From positions 930,001 through 994,000 of the forward strand of contig JBBPEB010000013.1 of assembly GCA_039096225.1 (NCBI GenBank): a DNA stretch of 64,000 nucleotides, read 5' to 3'. The notes beneath the pieces are model-generated. The model did no database searches. It saw nothing but the letters and a program-made list of their open reading frames with translations, and was not told the DNA's origin. Origin of the DNA: Blastocystis sp. Blastoise. Taxonomy: Eukaryota > Protista > Bigyra: Opalinata. This document shows, piece after piece, positions 38,136 to 54,564 of this stretch. Both the position numbers and the translations under genes were made by a program. Each line of letters opens with the position of its first letter. Position 1 is the stretch's first letter.

Positions 38136-38252
38136 AATTCTTCCGTCGAGAACAAAAAGGGGGGATGTCTTCCCCGCTTATGGCTGCGCGCGTCGCGCAG
38201 ACTCTATGCGGGGTTTGCATACCCCCTTCTGCAGTTCGAAGAACGGAAGAAT
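38136..38252. other. Nested GC-rich hairpin, copy 2; probable right end of the viral element
   Basis: Same nested stems. Similarity between the copies stops at the outer stem. Confidence 0.85.
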
Positions 38253-38517
38253 ATAATAATATATGTGGATATTTCTATATTTTAACATATTTATGTTTAA
38301 ATTGAATTTTTCTGTATTTTTTTGAAAATAATCCTAAAAACACATATATTGTTTATTATTAGTATTGTTTTATGTATAGTTATTACTCTAGATGTCAATA
38401 TTATATATTATATATATTATTTTCTAATCATTAAACAAAGAATGACGCAGCAATCGTCAGGATCGCCATTTAAAAAGATTTCATTTTCATTTTTTATTAT
38501 TTTTTGTATATTTAATA

Positions 38518-39978
38518 ATGTCTAATAACAAAGATTTGGTGTATAATTCACCTACCAGAATGAATAGTAAACCCCAAAAAAGTCAAAAAAAATATGAAAA
38601 AGTATATCAACAATTTCGAAAGTTTTTAGATGCCAATAATTTTGACTCTGAAGAAGTTGGAATTGAGAAATATATGATGTATTTGCATAGAAGAAAAAAC
38701 TTAAACCCAAGAACAATCAAAACAATATATTCCATATTGAAGGTCTCAATTACTGATGAATCACAAAGAATGATTGATAGTTCACTTAATGAAAAGATTA
38801 ATAGATGGATAAATAATCAGAATAGAGTTTCACCTCCTCCTAAGCAAGCAGCTGTCTTTCCATTCCAGAAGATGATAGATTACCTAACGATTAAATCAAG
38901 TGATCTAAGTACGATTCAATTACAAGCAGCCATGTGTCTTGCAATTGCTGGTGGTTGCCGATGTGAGGAGCTACACTGTATGCACTATAATGATTTAAAG
39001 GTAGTTTATTATTATTATTATTATTATATAGAGATAAATATATAGATATATAAGTATATATAGTGGTCATCAGATAAATTAGAAGTAACAATTCGTTCAT
39101 CAAAGGTTGATCAATGTGGAAAAGGCTTTTCCTTCTATGTTCTGAACTCATCAAGTTCACATGTTAGCTTTTATAACATAATAAAGACTTATTTCGATCA
39201 CTTACTACCAATTGCTGATCAAAACCCATCCCTTTTTATTTGTGTAAGAAACGGAAAATTCATCAGACAGCCAGTAGGTATAAATACATTATATATGTTT
39301 CCTTCTAAAATAGCTACACTTCTTAATCTTGAGAATAGTAAGGATTTTACTGGTCATTCATTCAGAAGAACGTTTGCAACAATAATGGCTTCTAAGGGTT
39401 TTAGTACTTTTGAGATTATGAAAGCTGGTCGCTGGGCATCTGCTGATACAGCAAAAAGGTATATTGACTATACCCAAATAGCGAAGTTTAAATCTGCAGC
39501 TGCATTTGCCTTTAATGATATTTTAAAGCCTAATAATATTATTTGTGATAGTAACATGGATCAATTAAGTAATGATGAATCAGTTGAAAGCTATTCAAAT
39601 CATTATGCAGGAAAATCTACAGTAATTGAAGGATCATATTCAAAAGAAGTAGGTAGTTTAGATCGAGAAACCAAGAATACTGTTAATACAACTTGTTCTT
39701 TACATGCTGCTGATGTTTCAATGGAACAGATGATGGAATGGCAACATCGGACATATGAATTACTATTCAAGAATCAATTAGATCAATTTAGCTCTCTTAA
39801 TCAGTCTTATGTTAGTCTTGCTGAAAGATTCTTGAACCGTTTAGATCATGTACATAATGATTCAAGGTTGTCTCACTCAACCAATATTGTAGAACCTAAA
39901 GAAAAACCCTCTGGAGCAACACAGGTAACCATACGAAAGCTTGATTTTTCTGATTCTGACGATTCATTCCGTATCTAA
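38518..39978 (+). CDS. Tyrosine recombinase, Crypton/DIRS-like, two exons (38518-39000, 39064-39978; 465 aa)
   Basis: GT-AG intron 39001-39063 joins the two ORFs in frame. Catalytic set is complete: GCRCEE (R), SKVDQ (K), GHSFRR (HxxR), GRW (W), RYI (Y). Confidence 0.93.
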
Positions 39979-40045
39979 TCTATATATATGTTTTATTAGT
40001 AACAAATATTATGCGGGTTTATATTGGTAATATGTTAATATTATA

Positions 40046-40092
40046 CTAGGGTCACGCCGCAGGTCCGGGGCCTAACGGCACCGGACCGCGGC
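40046..40092 (-). mobile_element. Helitron-like 3' terminus (GC hairpin followed by CTAG|T)
   Basis: Minus strand: GCCGCGGTCCGG-tGCCgttaGGCc-CCGGACC(t)GCGGC-gtgacc-CTAG-T. No 5' end or RepHel gene identified. Confidence 0.6.
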
Positions 40093-40129
40093 TGCATAAA
40101 ATAATAACAGTTTGGCTTTTATTTTCTTT

Positions 40130-40465
40130 TTTTCATTATTATATATTATCTATTATATATTAGTATTTATTATATATTATATATTATATATTATTATCTA
40201 TTATATATTATATATTATATATTATATATTATATATTATATATTATATATTATATATTATCTATTATATATTATTATTTATTATCTATTATATATTATTA
40301 TTTATTATCTATTATTTATTATTTATTATCTATTATATATTATATATTATATATTATATATTATATATTATATATTATTATTTATTATTTATTATTTATT
40401 ATCTATTATCTATTATTTATTATCTATTATCTATTATCTATTATCTATTATATATTATATATTAC
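40130..40465. repeat. Degenerate (TATTATA/TATTATC)n microsatellite
   Basis: Direct reading. Confidence 0.9.
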
Positions 40466-40476
40466 TTTAATAACGC

Positions 40477-40547
40477 TTCTTATACTCTATATGGAGAGTC
40501 ACAATCATTTATTGATTGTAATCAGGTTCAATTCCTAATATAAGAAT
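40477..40547 (+). ncRNA. Non-canonical tRNA-like cloverleaf, copy 2
   Basis: TTCTTAT-A-CTCT atatgg AGAG-TC-ACAATC atttatt GATTGT-A-ATCAGG ttcaatt CCTAAT-ATAAGAA; same architecture as 4314-4385. Confidence 0.6.
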
Positions 40548-40899
40548 TAAATAAACTATTTAAATATTATCAAAAAAACTAAAAACAATACTTGAAAGAG
40601 AATAAAAAATCTATTTTGAATCATTATATATATTATTTATTATTTTAAAAATATATTTTGTATTTATAAATAATTAAACAACTGTTTTAAGCATTTTTTG
40701 AGTTTTTAAAGTCAACAACTTTAGAAATGAGTCACAATGTGAAGTACTCTTGAGTATTTTTAATTCATAAAATTCATTTAAATAAGCATAATAAAATAAT
40801 TTTAACTCATTTTAATAATTTTTAAAAGAATTAGAAAGCTTTAATCATAACAAAGTCAGCATTCATTCTAACTTTGACTAATAAAACATGGTTTAAAAA

Positions 40900-42390
40900 G
40901 TTAATATTTCTTCAGTTGTCTCAAATACTTATTTTAATCATAAATGACTCGAAAAAGTGACTTTTAAAGAGACTTTACCCATTCAAGATCCACTGCATCA
41001 AAACAGTTTCCGTCAGTCTTTTGATATAGTATAGAGTTTATCATACTATTCATTAAATAAAAATTAATGTTTTGAATCTCTTTCTTAATGACCATTTTTG
41101 ACACATTATGAAAAGTTAAGACACCTTAACTCATTTTTAGAAGCTTATATTTACACACTATACTCAGTATAACGTTAGCTACACATTGGTCATCACTTTA
41201 AAACATTTTATAAACCTTTTGCATTTGCTCATTTACTTTGACCAAAATATTTTCGTCCCTCCTTTTGATATAATATAGAGTGTGTGGTCTAGTTATATGA
41301 AAGTGAGAGGGAATTTTGAATCTCGTCCTCTAAGTCAATCATTTTCACATTTTTAAAAATTAAGACCCTTAGAGTTGATTATTTAAGTTAATTTTTCTAC
41401 AGTGTTCCAAAAACACGATTTTGCACAAACTGAGTGAAAAATATTTTTTCAATAACTCTCACAACCCTTCACACATGCAGTCTCTAAAAATAGTTTTTGC
41501 TATATTTTTGATATGTTGTAGAGTGTCTTTTAGTGTATACTGAACAATATCTCGTTTCTTAAAACTCTCATTTTATGAGTCTCTTTGAACATATTTTTAT
41601 TAATTGAAAGGCTTAAACATATTTTTAAAAGCTAATATTTTCATAGTAGACTCTATATGACTCTATAAACACATTAGTCATCACTTTAGACTTTTTAAAG
41701 ACACTTTACCATTTGCTCATACACTTTGACCAAAATATTTTCTTCCCTTATTTTAACATAATATAGATCATACACTCTAGTTTAATGAATAAACACTCAA
41801 ATATTGAATCTCGTCCTCTAAGTCACTCATTTTTACATTTTTTTAAATTTAAGACCCTTAGAGTTAATTTTTTGGCTCAATTTTTCTATAGTGCACGAAA
41901 TTCACGATTTAACATAAACTGAAGTAAAAATAAATTTTAAATAATAGTCACAACACCTCACACATCCACTCTCTAAAAATTATTTTAACTGTACTTTTGA
42001 TATGTTGTAGAGCTACTACAGCTGTACACTAATTAATATCTCTAAATTTTTTATTCATAGTTTAAGACTATGTTTTACACATTCTTTTGAATTTGACAAC
42101 CTTAAACTATTTATTTAAAGCTCTTATTCATAGAATAGACTTAATACATGCTTCTAAACACATATAGACATCCTTTTACTTTTTAAGACACATTTTGTCA
42201 TTTGGTCATACACTTTGACCTTCATAATTTTGACTGTCCTTTTAACATAGTATAGAGTAATATCTCAAGTTTATTAAATAAAAGTCATTATATTGAATTT
42301 GTCACTCTAAGACCACTTAATTCACATTTTTCAAAATTGTCACTTTTATACTTGTTATTTTAAGACTTTGTTTTAACTATAGTAGTTTGA
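40900..42390. repeat. Diverged tandem repeat: ~244-bp monomer x6, organised as ~488-bp dimers
   Basis: An anchor like TTTTGATATAGTATAGAG recurs at 41019, 41263, 41506, 41751, 41995 and 42240. Alternate copies are most similar. Confidence 0.85.
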
Positions 42391-43218
42391 TGACCTATTG
42401 ATTACAATACTACAATATTAGTCAATTGTAAGAAGATCGAAGAAAATATCGATCACTCAAAAATCGTCCTCAGGAGCTGAAAATTGGTACACCTAGGTTT
42501 TTGGACCTCCTGAATCAGAATATCATGTCAAATTGACAATCTAAATTTGACCGTTAAGGCCTCACGTGTTCAATATGAAAAAGTATTAAAAAGTAGATAA
42601 ATATAAAGAATAAACACGGATAACGTATATTGTGGGATTGAGAAAAAATCTAGTTTACCCCATGTTTATTTTTCAATTGTCTGGTCAACAATTTTTATCG
42701 GGGTCATCCCAAAGAGCCAATCAAAAACGACTCAAAAATCATGTTTTCTGTTCTTTTATTAATATCTTTTTAATTATAAACAATATAGCTTAACAAAGTA
42801 GACGGTGCAAATCTACATGTTATATCGTATTGAACTGTGTTTCAACCAAAAGTTAACTCCCCGTAAGTTTAGAGGAGAGGTGTACACAAACTTGAGTATA
42901 TAGTAGCCAATCAAATGGTTTTTCCAAAAACTGACCAATGGGAATTTTTTTGCCTATTCTCATATATATAGTAATGATGGTTTTTTATATAATTATTTTT
43001 TCATTTCATTTTTTAATATATATTCAATATTATAAATTTTTTTAAATAATTTCCTTCATTATCATGAGTTTTTTGTTTCTTTCATACTGTGAAAGAAATT
43101 TTTTTTGTTTCTTTCACAGTTTCCCCCATCATTACTACCATTTTAATCACGGTTATTTTTTTTTTCTTTCATAGTAACAGAAAAAAAGTCTTTCTTTCAT
43201 TTTTATTTTGCCAACAAC

Positions 43219-44865
43219 ATGTTAATTTTTCTTTTTTTCATAGTTTTTCTTCTTGTATTATTGTTGGTTTTCTATTTAAAGTATAGAAACCTAAGAGAGG
43301 AATCAGAAAAGAAAAATATTTTGTTGCTAAATGAATTACAAGAAGAGAAAAAATTAAGGGAACAAGCTGAACATTTACGATGGGAAGAACGTGCTGGAAG
43401 AACAACAGCTGAAAAGGTTTTTATACTTATTATCATTATTTTTAATTAGTTGAATAATTATCCTGAATAATATATATTAAATATTTTATAGTATGAAAAT
43501 ATAACTTTTTATTCATGATGTATATCTATAGGAATTACGAGTTTTGTTGGAAAATAAACGTGAAGAGGAAGGTGGAGGCTATACATTTGATCCTATTGGT
43601 TATGTAGAATCATGTTATATTCATTGTCAAGGTATTTTTTATTTATTATATTATTTATTATTTTTTTATTAATTTTTATTTATTATTTTAATTTGTTTAT
43701 TTATTGTTATTAACCAAATTATTATTATAAATAGGTGCTCCAAGACAGCCAGGAATAACTCCTTTAGCGAAAGGTCGTATACAAATAAGTAATTCTGTCT
43801 CTCCCACGGCTTTTGATGATTTAACGACATTCAGTCATATTTGGGTCATTTTTGTCTTCCATCTAAATACGAATCTTAATGTTCTTACCAAATCAAAAAA
43901 TGAAAAAGGATTCACTTTTCCTGTATATATATGTTTTTATTTGTTATATAAAGAATATTATGCATATATATATAGTAATATTGTTTATTAAGTAGTATAG
44001 TATATTGTTAAATATGTATGTTTTTATAGGCAAAGATTCGTCCTCCTCGAATGAAAGGAGGAAAAACTGGATTATTTGCAACTAGAACGTATATATATAT
44101 ATATTTAATAAAATAAGTAATACTAGAATATAATACTATATGCAATAAGAATACAACTCTATATATATTTCATAGTCCACATCGTCCGAATCCTATTGGA
44201 TTAAGTGTTGTCAAAGTAGAACGTATATATACAGAGAATAAAAAGCATTATATAGAGATATCAAACATGGATCTTGTCGATGGTACACCTGTATTAGACA
44301 TAAAACCCTATTTACCTTCATTTGATTATGTTCATAATGCGACTGTTCCATCGTATAGTGATATATATATTATATTATTTATTATTTTATCTATTATTTT
44401 ATCTATTATTATATTATTATATTGTATATATTATTATACTATTTTATATTATTATATTTATATATTATTATATATAATATAATAATATAATAATATATAT
44501 AATAATATATATATTATTATTATATATATACTTGGGTAGAAGCAGAACAGGATTATCGTACTGTTGAATTTACTCAGGAAGCTCTGGATTGTCTTTCTAC
44601 ACTACAAAATAAATTCAAGTTTTATACATCTATTGATAGTATTCGAAGTGCAATAGAAGAAATATTATCTGTTGATGTATCTCGTAGACCTGAATATTTA
44701 TTAAATCATTTTTGTTTTGATCAATTAAGTATTTATTTCAACGTCAAAGAGAATCATGTTATTGTTCAAAAAATATTATTACAAAAAGAAGATCCTAATG
44801 GTACTTCAGGCCATCAATTACTTTCTGATTCTTCTTCTACACCTCTCTCTCCATCTAAAGATTAA
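43219..44865 (+). CDS. TRMO: tRNA m6t6A37 methyltransferase (TrmO/TsaA family), multi-exon, with N-terminal hydrophobic segment and coiled coil
   Basis: PIGYVES, GAPRQP, FSHIWVIFVFH, IRPPR, GLFATR, PHRPNPIGLS, DLVDGTPVLDIKPY. Confidence 0.93.
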
Positions 44866-45146
44866 AAATAATATTGTTACTATTACATATATGTATTTGT
44901 TATTTTTCAAAAAATGTTTTCTATATATTTATATATAAATAACTATAAAATTTTAACTAAACAAACAAGAATTATGTTATTCTAACTATAATTATCCCCG
45001 AAAAAAAAATACTAAACGACGCAACAAACAAACAGACACAAGAAAAAAAATGGAAAAACAGAAAAATAGAAAATATTGAGCATATAAAACCGCAGTAATA
45101 TACAAGATTTGAACTTAAATGACTTTGAACCAGCAAATTACTAGAT

Positions 45147-45729
45147 TTACTGTTGACATTGCTTTACAAAACTTAAGAAAAGTTCAGCTATACATACATA
45201 ATATAATTAAAATGATAACAGAAACAATATATAATATAAATATTATATGTATATATTTAAAAAAAAAAATTAAAAAATAAAACATACCATCGTTTTGAAG
45301 GGGAACATTATATTCATATTGATTAGGGTAATAGTAATAGGGTTGAAGAACATTATCGTATACAGGTCTAGGTTCATAATACATTTGCTTTGGATATACA
45401 GTTTGTTGAATAATAGGTACAGGAACACATTTTGCACGTTCTTCATAAGCAATGTATTTCTGATGAACCTTCATATGTCTTTTTAAATGATCAGATCGAG
45501 AAGCACAATAATCACAATACTGACATTTAAATGGTTTTTCTTTAGTATGAATACGTTCATGACGTCTTATATGTCCAGGACGAATAGTCTTATAGTTGCA
45601 TCCAGCATATTTGCAACAATATACTTTGATAGGTTGAATGTTCGATGGAAGACCAGATTTGCTGCTATTATTAATAAGGATGACTTCACCTCTATCTTGA
45701 GATGGCTTGACTTCAACAACTGAAGACAT
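45147..45729 (-). CDS. C2H2 zinc-finger transcription factor (2 fingers), 2 exons
   Basis: CKYAGC...HERIH-TKEKPF-KCQYC...HMKVH; short last exon AELFLSFVKQCQQ*. Confidence 0.9.
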
Positions 45730-47627
45730 TTAACTAGCGAAAATAAAAATAAAAATGAAATTTAGGGGAAAATAATAAATCATTGAAAACTCAATCCTTT
45801 TTGTGGTATTGAGGTGTCCTTCAAAAGAATACATTTCGTATTGAATGACGCACTATGCCCTAACGGTTAATCTTAACTTATTTGTTAACGTAAGAGATAA
45901 ACCAATAGAAAAAAAAAAGAAGGGACGGTCCTTCATATCCCTGGACGTTTCCTCATCTGGATGAGGTTTTTGGTTTACATCCTAAACAGTTCTGTTTCTT
46001 CATTCTCAAATTAGGAAAATGATCACCGCGATTTTCTCTTCAAAATCTAGTATTTTTATTGATATTCCCTAGGAATATCTTGACACCCCAAATTTTTATC
46101 CCTTTGCTGGGGATTCGAATTATCCCTTAAAGCAATTGACTGTGTCCTAATTCATTTGCTTTTTCCTGTAGTCATATGAGAATTTATCAACTTTTATTGG
46201 CTACTCAGAAAGTATACAATTGAGTTCAAAAATTTCTTTTGACCTTCGAGTTCAGTAAAAGAAGAAGTCAAATCGAGATTCTTAGTAAATCATTTTTATA
46301 TAGAATCTCAAGAAAGAAACAAATGAACTCAGATTTGTTTATCTATAACAGAATCTTCATTTCATATTCTATCATGTGGTTTTTTTTGAATACATAGATT
46401 GACAATTCTATCTGATTTAAAATTTCTTACGATAAGAAAAACTGGTTCTTTATATTTAAGAACTATTACTACATATTATCTTTAATATTTTTATTTACTT
46501 GAAAACACATATCTTATTAGGTTCACAAGGGATCTTCTTTCAAATTTATGTATTTTTTTAAATTTCATAAGATAATCACCAATGATAAGCTTTCCTTATA
46601 TATTAAGTAATACCTAATTTAGTAATAACACGAAATAATGGAGATAAGATTAATTGCATTAAGAAATAATATTGTGGCAATCTATAATTTATGATAATTC
46701 TTTTCTTTCAAATAATTGTTTTTTTTATTATATATATCCTAAAATTTGTAAAAACGAGATCTTCCTTTTTATCTTAGAACAAACCTGATCGAACATTCCA
46801 AAGAAGCCATATGAGTCATTTGCTTTAGGGGATCAGGTCAACTTTTGAGTATCTTCCATTCTCTTTATTTGTTTTTGTGTGTTTTTCTATTTGAAAGTGT
46901 ATTTACAAATCTTAAAATGTAATATAACATGAATGATTACTGAGTAGCAATGTAAAATTACAATGTAAACGAAGACATTGTTGTTCATTGTCAACTATCA
47001 AAAACTGTTTTTCAAACAGCATAATAATTTATAAATATAGCTTACATAATTTAAAAATAAAATTAGTTATCACTATTCTAGATTTCTTAGATTATATAGT
47101 GTTGATAATTGAATTATCATGTTTTTCTCTGTATTCATTAGCAATCATTTTTTTTAGTCAGTAGAGGCATATGTAGTGTTGTATTTATGCGTTAAAATGT
47201 ATTTTCTTCGATTATGAAGTTGAATTATGAAATTGTGATCTATCCTTAGATAAATCCATCTTCATAATATTTTGCTTATTTGAACCACATGTAAGCAGTG
47301 AGTTAAAAAAAAATTAAAAAAAAAATTATCCTTTTTAAACGACTTTTAGTAGATTGTTAAACATGTCTTTCTCTAAACATAGAACAAAAAAATGAAAATT
47401 TACTATTATTTCAATTTAGTTTGTATTTCTACATTCAATGCAATGTGTTTAAAGAATAGAAATAATATTTAAAATAAGAAACAAATAATAAATCTTAAAA
47501 ATGTCTTTAGAATTCTTAAAAATGTATACTAATAAATGAGGAAAGAGGGAAAATGGTAACAAATAACATTGATTTAACATAGAATTAGAATGTTAATTAA
47601 AAAATATATAATGATTTATAGTCCATT

Positions 47628-52460
<4,833 letters not shown>

Positions 52461-52992
52461 TTTTAATAACTAGATTTTATAGTTGAATAGATTTGATGAA
52501 TACTCTTAAGTTTAATGAAGTTTTAAAAAGGTTTCAATGAGAATTGACTCAATTTAAAATGTGTGGGTAAAATCTATTGAAACAAATGGTCTCCTCATTT
52601 CCCCGTGAGATTTAGTCATTTCGTTGGTTAAAAATCTAAATTTTCAACCAAATATGACTCTTCTGGCAAGCAAACTAGATACTTTTCTTTTAAAAAAGTG
52701 ATTTTTTAAAGATTAAATCAATTTTATTTCATCAGTTATCGATTTATATATCAACTAGATGATCGTTCTCATTGTTTTTTGTTGAGAATAAGTTAAAAAA
52801 GGATCGTTAACATTAATTGGGTGTTCCGACTTATTTATTTGGTAAAATAGAAATTGTTTACTTGTGATATCGTATCTGGTTGTTCTAATATCAATCAATA
52901 TAGATTATAAATAATATGTATAACAAAAGAAAAACGTAGGGGACAAAAAGAAAACATCATAGGATACAAACCAAATAATAATAAACGAATTA

Positions 52993-54059
52993 CTATAATA
53001 CTTCAGAAAAATGGCATTGAGGACAGTTAACGATTGAATTATCAGAAGAAACAGATACATTTAAAGCGCAACAACAAGCAGGTGAAACGGATCTATATAT
53101 ATATAATAATAATTTTAGAATTACTTTAAACACATGAATAATGTTCAAAAATAATTTATAATAAAGAATATATATATATATATATATTAGAATTACTATA
53201 AATTCATGAATAATGTTATAAAATAATTTATAATAAAGAATATATATATATAATAATATAAAAATAACTCTAAATACATAAATAATGTTTCAAAATAATT
53301 TATAATAAAGAATATATATATATACTTATGATGCATTAGAATATTATTTAGACGTGTGTTAAGTACAGAAATAGGATAATGAAATGATGTATAACAATCT
53401 AGACAAAGAGTTTTGTTATTCACTTGTGTATATTGAGTCCCATTACAACAGGGGCATGAAAAATGAATTTCATTCATAGAATTTCCTTGTGGAGAGGAAA
53501 TAGAATTATAATAATCATTAATCTCTTCATATTGTTCATCTAAATATTCCTCTGCAATTGATTCCTCTTGAGTATCTATAGATACAACAACATATATAAA
53601 ATTGACATAAAATAAATAGTTGACTAAAGAAGGAAATATATATATAGTAGACCATAAATAAAGTATAATAATAACATAATGAATATCTTAATATAAATAA
53701 TAAAATATACTTAATTGATTTTGTAATTCTTTTTCAATCAACAATAGCATCTCGAGTTTATCCTCTTCCAAATAATTCATGCATGGATCAGAACCATCTT
53801 CGTATGAATTAGTTAACTGTTGATCTTCTTTTAATAAATCTGATAATATATTTCTAGCAACTTGATGAACATCTGGTATGACTGTAGATAGAATTTTATT
53901 TCGCTTGTTATCTAAAAAATTTTTCCGTTTTTGAGATGAAAATTGAATGCTTTTTTGTTCTAATCGTTTTCTAAAGGCTTCTTTGTCTTTGTCTCCCCTT
54001 TTCAATGGACTTCTATAACAAATAGCAGATGAAGTACTTTGAAAATACATTCCAATCAT
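52993..54059 (-). CDS. RPAIN: RPA-interacting protein-like, multi-exon
   Basis: N-terminal YRSPLK...KEAFRKRL, acidic middle region, C-terminal CPCC/CLDC/H...C/CPQC zinc-binding pattern. Confidence 0.65.
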
Positions 54060-54564
54060 ATTATTCTATTAGTATAAGATTTAAAGAGTACAAATATATA
54101 TTTTGAAAGAATAAATAAAAGTCCCTTATAGAAAAAACAATAAATCTATTTATTAATTTTTACCCGCTAAAAAATGTGATTCATTTTCTTTAAAAAATAA
54201 TCATAAATTTAGATGTTTTTATTGTTATTCAACTATTTGATTTTATTCTGTATGTATCTTAAGATATTCAGAGAGTATACGAATTCATATATGACTTTCA
54301 AAAATATAAAAAAGTATTACATGTGATACTTCTTGTGCCTGAAAAATGTTCAGAGATAGCACTGCACTAAATACTATCTCTTACTACTAGAAGCAAATGT
54401 TTTATGAAATCTTGAATTCTATAAATGAGCAACATTGTGTTTATGTGTTCAAAAATAAATGAATAACAAAATAATGATATAGAAATAGGTTGTTGTAACA
54501 ATAGATTTGAGATCAATAATGTTCCAGCCAGTGTATATCAAGATAGATATGATATTTCGTTAGT

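Larger units (their letters stand above)
22321..38252. mobile_element. Endogenous Polinton-like/virophage-like dsDNA virus (capsid and packaging module), probably partial
   Basis: Abrupt switch to intronless, tightly packed ORFs with almost no TA microsatellite. Contains an A32-like ATPase, DJR capsid-like and penton-like ORFs, a shared 3' motif and terminal hairpins. Confidence 0.85.
33010..38252 (+). repeat. Head-to-tail duplication of a ~2.55/2.68 kb module (33010-35560 and 35575-38252)
   Basis: Directly visible. Copy 2 has an extra ~135 bp at ~37398-37540 and one fewer HSE decamer. Confidence 0.97.

Noticed and set aside
40477-40547. Ochre-suppressor tRNA (anticodon TTA)
   Set aside because: The anticodon loop is non-canonical and the triplet is not conserved in the second copy; kept only as tRNA-like.
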